A stretch of DNA of 20,799 nucleotides, taken from contig JBBIPP010000007.1 of NCBI GenBank assembly GCA_037442745.1, forward strand, positions 52,943 to 73,741. The letters run 5' to 3'. This document shows, one piece after another, positions 1 to 7,054 of this stretch (positions within the stretch are counted from its first letter, which is position 1; each line of letters begins with the position of its first letter). Under the pieces are notes generated by a model. It saw only the letters and a list, made by a program, of their open reading frames with translations, did no database searches and had not been told where the DNA came from. The translations under genes and the position numbers were made by a program. This DNA is from an archaeon. Its GTDB lineage: Archaea > SpSt-1190 > DYHY01.

Positions 1-137
1 TAGTTTGGGGGTTTCCAAGAAACCCCTCCCTTTGGTGAAACTTTCGTAAAGTTTCCGCCACAGGACCTCGGACTATAGGCCCTAGTTTGGGGGTTTCCAA
101 GAAACCCCTCCCTTTGGTGAAACTTTCGTAAAGTTTC
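1..137. repeat. Two identical 55-bp direct repeats (1-55, 83-137) separated by a 27-nt spacer; each has two hairpins
   Basis: TAGTTTGGGGGTTTCCAAGAAACCCCTCCCTTTGGTGAAACTTTCGTAAAGTTTC occurs at 1 and 83. Hairpins are GGGGTTTC-CAA-GAAACCCC and GAAACTTT-CGT-AAAGTTTC. The repeat may extend left of the window. Confidence 0.95.
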
Positions 138-398
138 TTTTATCATCTAAAAAAGGTAAAGCTTCATAAACCTCTTGGCAGTATTGTTCCAATTGGTTCG
201 GAAAATGTAGGAATTGACTATGAATATTTCAATCCGCCAAGGTTCTCTCTCTCTCACCCTATCAAGGAACGGGGTTCGAATGCATTCCAATACCGGCGAC
301 CTACCCTTGGGGACGGCCCGCAAACGACATAACCTTTGCCGAAACAACAGATATTGAAGGTCTTGTTGTCCCGGACGAAATGCCGAACTATTTAAGCC

Positions 399-854
399 TT
401 GGCAATGTGCAACAACAACTCTGATCTAGTTTCAATCAAAGACAACAACATCCCGTTCAAGGATTATCAAGGAATAACCCGTGCTCCGGATTTCAACGGG
501 AACGGATGTATTTGGGCAATGATTGTCCCCGGGCCAGAAAATCCTCCCAACGTCCCTTCCCCGACTCTTGACCAAACACTTCCCAATGCGGGAGATTTCC
601 AAGCAACCAATGGAACCCCTTATGCTGACAATTGCTTATATTCCCCGACTCCAAATTCAGGCGCATTCACAGAATCTATGGGCGTTGCGCTTTGGGCGGT
701 TGCAGTGATTGCACTCTTGAGGCTTGTTGTCTATTCCCGGCTGAAGAGGAAACAACTGCCACATTTTCAAGGCGCATTCGTTCCAATCGGGACGGACGGC
801 AGATTCAGGTTCGCGAAAGGGTTAAAAACACCCGAAAAGGGCACTCTTTCCAAT
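399..854 (+). pseudogene. Probable C-terminal remnant of a membrane-anchored secreted protein, in frame with downstream S26e
   Basis: Pro/Asn/Thr-rich segment, then TM helix MGVALWAVAVIALLRLVVY and basic tail SRLKRK. TTG start, no signal peptide, in-frame TAA at 393-395. The frame runs through a promoter-like motif into S26e. Confidence 0.35.
814..828 (+). promoter_or_regulatory. BRE/TATA-like promoter for rps26e
   Basis: CGAAAGG-G-TTAAAAA ends ~27 nt upstream of ATG 855. Confidence 0.5.
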
Positions 855-1061
855 ATGAGCGAAGCAAGAGGAAGCCAAAAGGCTGTTGTTTGCGATTACT
901 GTCACAGAAGGGTTCCCCAGTCAAGGGCAATTGTCGACCACAAGCCGATTATTGACAAGGGGCTTGCGGGAGGTAAGAATTTCGTCGGGAAATATTACCG
1001 GCCGACAACGAAACTCTATCTCTGCTTCAAGTGCGCCAAAAGAAGGGGCGTATTGAAATAA
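855..1061 (+). CDS. rps26e: 30S ribosomal protein S26e-like zinc-binding protein (68 aa)
   Basis: MSEARG...VVCDYCHRRVPQSRAI...PIIDKGLA...TKLYLCFKCAKRRGVLK matches the S26e pattern CxxC-x-R-VP-x-x-KA ... K-x-x-x-CxxCA-xxx-G-I/V-x-K. ATG 855 is in frame with ORF 399..1061. Confidence 0.7.
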   Translation: MSEARGSQKAVVCDYCHRRVPQSRAIVDHKPIIDKGLAGGKNFVGKYYRPTTKLYLCFKCAKRRGVLK

Positions 1062-1089
1062 ACTCCTGCTGTCTCTTCAGGGATAGCAT

Positions 1090-2235
1090 GTGGAAAAGGA
1101 AAACCAAATGGCGGAAAGGAAATTCCCGTTTTCAGGATTTTTCCGCCAGACCGGGATTGAAAAGGGCGCGGCTAGGAAATACCACTTTTCCGGAAAGAAA
1201 AAGCAGGTTCCCGGAAAGGAATGGCTTCCTTTGGTCACTCTCTACCTTTTCTCAATAACACTTTTCATCTATTATCTCTCGGTCAGTTTCTTCCCTTTCA
1301 TTTCTCCGTCATATGACATTCTCTCGAAATTCGGCCTACACCTGAACGCTCCATGGTCTGTTATTACTTACATGTTCGTCCACCTCTGGCCGAGCCATCT
1401 CCTAGTTGACTGCCTCCTCCTCTTGATTTTCGGGACAATTGTCGAGAGGAGAATTGGTGGGGTGAAAATGCTCTCAATTTTCATTGTTTCAGGAATTCTC
1501 GGTGGGCTAGTTAACCTTTTCTTCTTTCCAACAAAAATCCTTATTGGCTCAAGCGGAGGGGGTTTTGGGCTGATTGGCGCGGCAGTTGTCCTCTCCCCCA
1601 AGATATCCCTCGCCCTATTCGTCCTTTCCCTTAACCTGTTCGCCCCAATTGTCGTTAAAATTGTCGATTCAGTTGAGACTTCTTTTGTTGAGCGGATTTT
1701 TGAGCAAAAGGCAGCCCTGAAAACGGTTGACTCAATTCTCCTTGAGAAACTGACCTCAATTTCAGACATTCGGGCATCCCTCAATAGGACAATTTCCGAG
1801 AAAAAGTCCCGGATTTCTGAACTTGAATCCATCCTCCTCTCAATCGAGAAAAAGCGAGCATCCGGAGAGCTTTCAGAATCCGAACATTCCAGCCAATCCA
1901 GCCAGATTCTCTCCGAAATCTCAGAAATAAACGGGAAAATTGCTGAGGATTCCCGGAACCTGACAATACTTTCAAGGGATTTTATCGAAGTGGGGGAGGA
2001 GAGGCGGGCAATTGTTATGGAGCGCCATGAAATTGACCGGAAAGAGCACCAGCTCTCAGTTACTGAAAGGACAAAGGCCGGAACCCCCGAAGCTCCCTTT
2101 CCCCATGCGGTCGGGATTTTCTTCGGAGGCCTTATTGTGTTTCTTCTGGAGAAGTCCGTCTTTCTCGACTGGGAAGAAAGGTATCTTTGGATAAAGAGCA
2201 GATTTGTAAGGAAAAAAACAGCTTCGCGGAAATAA
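1090..2235 (+). CDS. Rhomboid-family intramembrane serine protease with a large coiled-coil insertion (start may be ATG 1108)
   Basis: PWSVITYMFVH...HLL...FGTIVERRIG, catalytic GSSG (Ser codon 1552-1554) and late PHAVG-IFFG (His codon 2104-2106). Confidence 0.85.
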   Translation: MEKENQMAERKFPFSGFFRQTGIEKGAARKYHFSGKKKQVPGKEWLPLVTLYLFSITLFIYYLSVSFFPFISPSYDILSKFGLHLNAPWSVITYMFVHLWPSHLLVDCLLLLIFGTIVERRIGGVKMLSIFIVSGILGGLVNLFFFPTKILIGSSGGGFGLIGAAVVLSPKISLALFVLSLNLFAPIVVKIVDSVETSFVERIFEQKAALKTVDSILLEKLTSISDIRASLNRTISEKKSRISELESILLSIEKKRASGELSESEHSSQSSQILSEISEINGKIAEDSRNLTILSRDFIEVGEERRAIVMERHEIDRKEHQLSVTERTKAGTPEAPFPHAVGIFFGGLIVFLLEKSVFLDWEERYLWIKSRFVRKKTASRK

Positions 2236-3120
2236 CCCGCATTTTCAGATACTGCTTTGACAACTTTTCCAGGAATTTCCCATTTCCCATTTCTATTGTC
2301 AAAGCGTCATGAGAATAGTTTGGAATAATTTCGCCAACTTCCCTCCCCTGCCAATTGAAAAACCTACCTTGTCTTGTGTAGAATCGAAGGAATAGCAGGC
2401 TAGCTCTAGAATTTCAAGAGCCATTTAAACAGTTTCTGGCAGGCCTTCATTGAATTAAGCGTAGAGTGTCTTCAATTAAATTTTCACCTTGAATATGCTT
2501 CCAGAGCAGTGTATATTGCATCCGAAAAGGACTTTTCCGGCATTCGCTTGCTTTGAAACGGGTCTTCACCAGAACTGCTCATTGTGCGGGGCATTGTATC
2601 AGGGATCCAAGAGGAATTGATTCTGATTTCAGTCCGGATGATTCGAGTGCTTTTTCCGCTTTTTTCCGACGCCTTTCACTTACAATCCCGCATTAACGCC
2701 TATTGACAGGACATATTCTTGAGGTCCTTTCCCAACTTCCAAACCTATACGGCCCGTTGCAACCACGAATGAATATTTTCCAAGATCCTCAAGATAAATT
2801 TCTCCCGCCCCGAAAGGACTTTAGTGCTGCGCTACGGAGAAACGACTTTGAATGTCTGCCGCCAATTCCTCTCGGTCATATAGAGAATAGGTTTTTGCAG
2901 GCTCAACTTTTCCCATATTCCTTTTGCGCATTTTGGACTGTTGAAACCCCTGACAAAGATTAGCGAAAAATCCGCAATCCTGACCTTCTCGACAAGCCTC
3001 CCTCCAGATGCGCCAATTTCCTAGGAAATCATGCTTCCTCAAGAGCCCAAAGCTCCAGACAAGCCCGGCAGTCACTCAATATTCCTAGGTTTTGAAAGAA
3101 TATTTAGGACGCTTTTCAGC
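2236..3120 (-). pseudogene. Possible decayed minus-strand gene of unknown family
   Basis: About 1 kb with no convincing ORF in a gene-dense genome. Minus-strand protein-like fragments (EIGASGGRLVEKVRIADFSLIFVRG..., SPFGAGEIYLEDLGKYSFVVATG..., ERRRKKAEKALESSGLKS...) are broken by stops and frame changes. Confidence 0.3.
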
Positions 3121-3229
3121 CCTCTTCTTTCCCTCTCCCTAGGGGTTATTCTCCTTTGTTCCCTCCCCCCTACCCCAACAACTGCTTTCCAAAAACACGG
3201 GCAAAAAATCAGAAATTCCCTCTTGGGAC

Positions 3230-3246
3230 AAAAAACCCTTAAATAA
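3230..3246 (+). promoter_or_regulatory. BRE/TATA promoter for the HerA-like gene
   Basis: A-rich run, then TTAAATA (3239-3245), ~28 nt upstream of ATG 3273. Confidence 0.55.
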
Positions 3247-3272
3247 CCCGGTTGCCAACTCTTCCCTAGAAA

Positions 3273-4625
3273 ATGCGTGAGATTCTTGTCGGCCGGGATG
3301 AGGAGGATTTCAAGAAATTCAATTTCGATGCGACGGGCTTTGTCGGAAAGCACTATGTGAAGACCGGGGATGAGATAAACCTCTCAGGAGATGTCTATAT
3401 GGATCTCTCCCGCCCCCATGTGATGCTAATTTGCGGGAAAAGGGGAACGGGAAAATCCTATACTCTTGGAGTAATTGCCGAAGAGATAAATTTCCTCCCG
3501 GAAAAGCTGAGAAGGCAGGTCGCAGTCCTCATTTTCGACTTGATGGGAATTTTCTGGACAATGAAATACCCGAACCTGAAGGACACATCAATTCTCAAGA
3601 ACTGGAACTTGGAGGGGAAATCGCTCTCCGAAATAAACCTGATTGTCCCCTTTGGCCATGTGGAAAAGTTCACAAAAGCGGGGATTCCGGCAGATACTGC
3701 ATTCGCCTTGAAGCCCTCTGAACTCTCCGCCCAGGATCTGGAAATGGTGTTCGGCCTTGACCAGAACTCAATGGCAGGAGTTCTCCTCGAGCGCGCGGTC
3801 AAGGCAGTCAAGGCTGAGAAAGGGGAATTCACAATTGAGGAATTGATGGAATATGTCACGAACGACGAGACTGTTGAGCAGGCAGTCCGTCTTTCCGTCC
3901 AAAACAAGCTCTCGGCGGCAATTGACTGGGGGCTTTTCCACGAGAAAGGAACCCCCTTGAAGGACGTAATCAAGGCGGGGAAAATAAACATACTAGACAT
4001 CTCCCCATATCAGTCTTCAATAGGGGGCTGGTCAATCCGGGCGCTCGTCATCGGTCTCCTGACAAAAAAGATTTTCCAGGCAAGAACCGGCTCAAGGAAA
4101 GGGGAAGAAGTCCGGACTCTCTCCGCCGCAAAGCATCCACTTCTCGAGAGGGATGAGGGGGAAAAAGACGTCCCAATGACATGGATTTTCATTGACGAGG
4201 CCCACGAAGTCCTTCCTAGGGAGGGCTCGACTCCCGCAACCGAACCACTCCTTCAGGTAATCAGGGAGGGCCGTCAGCCGGGAATAACCCTTGTCGTCGC
4301 GACGCAACAGCCTGGAAAAATCCACACAGACATTATGAGCCAGTGCGACCTTGTTCTCGCGCACAGGGTTACTTCCCTTCCGGACATTGATGCATTGAAC
4401 AAGATTATGGCTAACTACATGGTCTTCTCGCTTGAAAAATATCTGGGGGGCCTTCCGAGAGTGAAGGGTTCAGCAGTCCTTCTTGACGACAATTCAGAGA
4501 AGGTCTATGCAATAAGGACCAGGCCACGCCTAACTTGGCACGGAGGGGAGTCAGCCTCCCTTTTGATGGGGAAAATCGAGCACGAGGACCAGCTGGAAAC
4601 AAGAAAGCATGTCCAGAACGGCTGA
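3273..4625 (+). CDS. HerA/FtsK-superfamily ATPase (DUF87-type)
   Basis: Walker A GKRGTGKS, Walker B IFIDEAH, arginine finger REGR and motif LVVATQQP. Confidence 0.9.
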   Translation: MREILVGRDEEDFKKFNFDATGFVGKHYVKTGDEINLSGDVYMDLSRPHVMLICGKRGTGKSYTLGVIAEEINFLPEKLRRQVAVLIFDLMGIFWTMKYPNLKDTSILKNWNLEGKSLSEINLIVPFGHVEKFTKAGIPADTAFALKPSELSAQDLEMVFGLDQNSMAGVLLERAVKAVKAEKGEFTIEELMEYVTNDETVEQAVRLSVQNKLSAAIDWGLFHEKGTPLKDVIKAGKINILDISPYQSSIGGWSIRALVIGLLTKKIFQARTGSRKGEEVRTLSAAKHPLLERDEGEKDVPMTWIFIDEAHEVLPREGSTPATEPLLQVIREGRQPGITLVVATQQPGKIHTDIMSQCDLVLAHRVTSLPDIDALNKIMANYMVFSLEKYLGGLPRVKGSAVLLDDNSEKVYAIRTRPRLTWHGGESASLLMGKIEHEDQLETRKHVQNG

Positions 4626-5244
4626 GAGCAATTGCCAAATGGAAAAATTGAAAATACTCTCAAGGAATTCAAGCCCGCCGGGAGAGGATTCCCGGCTTCT
4701 TCTGGAGGCTGCTGAAAAAATTGTCCCGAAATCGGCAAGCGTTCTTGACCTAGGAACCGGCTCGGGATTTCTCGCAATAGCTCTTTCGAAAATGGGCTGG
4801 AGCAAAGTCTCGGGCTCAGACATTGACAAGCGCGCCCTTCTCGAGGCCCGGGAGAATGCCTTGAGAAACTCGGCTGAAGTTGAGTTTTATTGTTCGGACC
4901 TTTTTTCAAGCGCGCCTCCCGCCGACTGGGTTATTTTCAACCCGCCTCTTCTGGGAAAGCCGGCCGGGAAACTCTCCATTGTGCGGAGGCTTCCCGGAAT
5001 GTTCCTTCTCTCAGGGGCACTCTCCTCAGTTTTCAGGAGAAGGCTGTTGGAAATACTCGAAAAGTTCCTTTCTGGCCTTCCATCCGAGTCAAAGGCCCTG
5101 ATAGTTCTTCCGAGGCTATTTTCGTTCAAAAAAGGTCTTCTAATTGGGCGAAACTCCAGATTTTCTGTCTATCTTATAGGAAAGGGAATTGAGCCTCCGA
5201 CAACCCCCCCGAAAAAGTTTAAAAAAAGGCTTCCTTGGGAATAG
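4609..5244 (+). CDS. HemK/PrmC-like SAM-dependent methyltransferase (start may be 4639)
   Basis: P-x-EDS-x-LL, motif I VLDLGTGSG, SDID, SDLF and NPPL in place of NPPY. Confidence 0.8.
   Translation: MSRTAESNCQMEKLKILSRNSSPPGEDSRLLLEAAEKIVPKSASVLDLGTGSGFLAIALSKMGWSKVSGSDIDKRALLEARENALRNSAEVEFYCSDLFSSAPPADWVIFNPPLLGKPAGKLSIVRRLPGMFLLSGALSSVFRRRLLEILEKFLSGLPSESKALIVLPRLFSFKKGLLIGRNSRFSVYLIGKGIEPPTTPPKKFKKRLPWE
5211..5227 (+). promoter_or_regulatory. BRE/TATA promoter for htpX, inside the 3' end of the methyltransferase ORF
   Basis: GAAAAAG-TTTAAAAA, ~22-29 nt upstream of ATG 5247. Confidence 0.5.
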
Positions 5245-5246
5245 GA

Positions 5247-6191
5247 ATGGTAACGAAGCTTGAGTTTGTCTCGAACTTTACAGTAGTACTTCTTTTCGCC
5301 GCAATCTCCGGTCTTTTGGGAGTAGTTCTCTATTTCTCGGGGACTTCTGGCGCATTCTCAATACTCCTCGCGCTCGTTTTCACTGGGCTGATCGGTTTCG
5401 CCCAATGGTATTTCGCTCCCTCAATAATAAAGCTAATAACAGGTGCAAAGGAAATTGAGCGGGCCAGTGCTCCGAAAATATTCTCGATTGTTGACAGCCT
5501 CTCGAAGAAGGCAAACCTCCCAAAAGCCCCGAAAATCCTCACTGTGAAAAATCCTTCCCCTAACGCGTTCGCATTCGGAAGGGGGCAGAAGGACGCAAAC
5601 ATTGCCCTCCACACAGGCCTCTTGGACGCCTTGGATGAGGAGGAGGTTGAAGCAGTCATTGCCCACGAGGTTGGCCACATAAAGCACAGGGATGTTGTTA
5701 TAATGACAATAGCGTCTCTCATCCCGGTTATCCTATATTATGCCGCAATAATACTATTGAATTCGCGCTCAGGTGACAGGGAACAGCGGAATCCCTTTGC
5801 TGTGTTTGCGGGCGGACTTCTAGCGCGTTTCTTGGGTCAGCTCCTGGTCCTCTGGCTTTCAAGAGTGAGGGAATATTCCGCGGATGAGTTCGCATCAAAG
5901 GCATCGAGCGGGAAAAAGCTCGCGTCCGCCCTTGCCAAAATTTCATATGGCCTCGGGAAACAGTCCTCAAATTCCAACGACTCAATTTCCTGCCTGTATA
6001 TAGGAGACAATACTCGGGAGAATCCGGAAACTCTTGCTAAATATCTGGACCTCTCCGAAAAAGATCTTTCAAGGGCAATTAGAAAGGAGAAAAGATTCGT
6101 TTTTATGGAAGCTTTCATGAGCCATCCTCTGACCTCGAAGAGAATACTTGCCCTAAAGAGGCTCTCTGAAAGAAAAGAGGGGGCTCAGTAG
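5247..6191 (+). CDS. htpX: Zinc metalloprotease HtpX (M48)
   Basis: PNAFAFG, HEVGH zinc motif, SRVREYSAD and SHP-x-x-x-KRI, with TM segments. ATG 5247 preferred over TTG 5235. Confidence 0.92.
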   Translation: MVTKLEFVSNFTVVLLFAAISGLLGVVLYFSGTSGAFSILLALVFTGLIGFAQWYFAPSIIKLITGAKEIERASAPKIFSIVDSLSKKANLPKAPKILTVKNPSPNAFAFGRGQKDANIALHTGLLDALDEEEVEAVIAHEVGHIKHRDVVIMTIASLIPVILYYAAIILLNSRSGDREQRNPFAVFAGGLLARFLGQLLVLWLSRVREYSADEFASKASSGKKLASALAKISYGLGKQSSNSNDSISCLYIGDNTRENPETLAKYLDLSEKDLSRAIRKEKRFVFMEAFMSHPLTSKRILALKRLSERKEGAQ

Positions 6192-6193
6192 TT

Positions 6194-7048
6194 GTGAAAG
6201 GAAGGTATTTTCCAATTGTCGAAAAAACCGCAGTAGGAATAAGGGATATCCAAATCCAAGGGGCAATAAACGTTGCTAGGGCGTCTCTCTCGGCAATCCG
6301 GACATATGTTCTTGAGGAAAAACCGGAAAAAAACGAGCTCGGGCGACATATTAGTTTGCTAATCGCCCAGAGGCCAACCGAACCGGCCCTCCAAAACTGC
6401 CTGAAATCTGTCCTTAATTCAAAGAGCCCCGCAAAGAGGGCGGACGAGCTTCTTTCAGAAATCGGGCACGAAGCGGAGAAAATAGTGAATTCAGGACTCC
6501 CCCTCGTGAAGGACGGCTCGAAAATAATTACCCATTGCCACGCCTCCTCCCTGACGGCAATATTCAGAAAGGCGCGCTCAATTGGGCGGCGCTTTTCAGT
6601 GTATCACACAGAGACACGCCCACGCTATCAGGGACACAGGACTGCCCGGGACCTAGTTGACGGAAGGATGCGCCCGACAATGTTTGTTGATTCTGCAATA
6701 AACTATTTTATGCCTGAGGTGGATTTAGCTTTTGTCGGCTCCGACGCCCTCCTTCCGGAAGGGTTCATTAACAAAATAGGGACATCAATGCTCGCGCTCT
6801 CGGCAAGGGAGCACAACAAGCCCCTATACGTCGTTACAGGCCTTATCAAGTTCGCGGAATCCGGGAGAATACATATTGAGCAAAGGCCAGTATCAGAGCT
6901 CGGATTCCATGCGAAAGGAGTTCATTTGAGGAATCCGGCATTCGACCTGACACCGAAGAAGTTCGTCAAGGGCGTTGTCTGTGAGGAAGGAATTCTTGGA
7001 TATTCAGAGGCAATAAGGCTCGCCCGGAAGAAAATAAGGGCGCTATGA
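6194..7048 (+). CDS. Ribose-1,5-bisphosphate isomerase / eIF-2B alpha-like family protein
   Basis: IQGA, RPTEP, THCH, ETRP, FVDSA, VGSD, NKIGT and NPAFDLTP motifs. Confidence 0.85.
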   Translation: MKGRYFPIVEKTAVGIRDIQIQGAINVARASLSAIRTYVLEEKPEKNELGRHISLLIAQRPTEPALQNCLKSVLNSKSPAKRADELLSEIGHEAEKIVNSGLPLVKDGSKIITHCHASSLTAIFRKARSIGRRFSVYHTETRPRYQGHRTARDLVDGRMRPTMFVDSAINYFMPEVDLAFVGSDALLPEGFINKIGTSMLALSAREHNKPLYVVTGLIKFAESGRIHIEQRPVSELGFHAKGVHLRNPAFDLTPKKFVKGVVCEEGILGYSEAIRLARKKIRAL

Positions 7049-7054
7049 GAGTCA

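Noticed and set aside
61-71. Spacer 11-mer CAGGACCTCGG also at 15330-15340 (self-targeting?)
   Set aside because: An 11-nt match between a 27-nt query and 20.8 kb on two strands is plausible by chance.
1-137. Canonical CRISPR array
   Set aside because: Only two units are visible, 55 bp with two hairpins is atypical, there are no cas genes, and a variant copy occurs alone at 16774-16822.
399-1061. Genuine 220-aa membrane-anchored S26e fusion
   Set aside because: An internal TATA-like motif and ATG 855 explain S26e as a separate gene.
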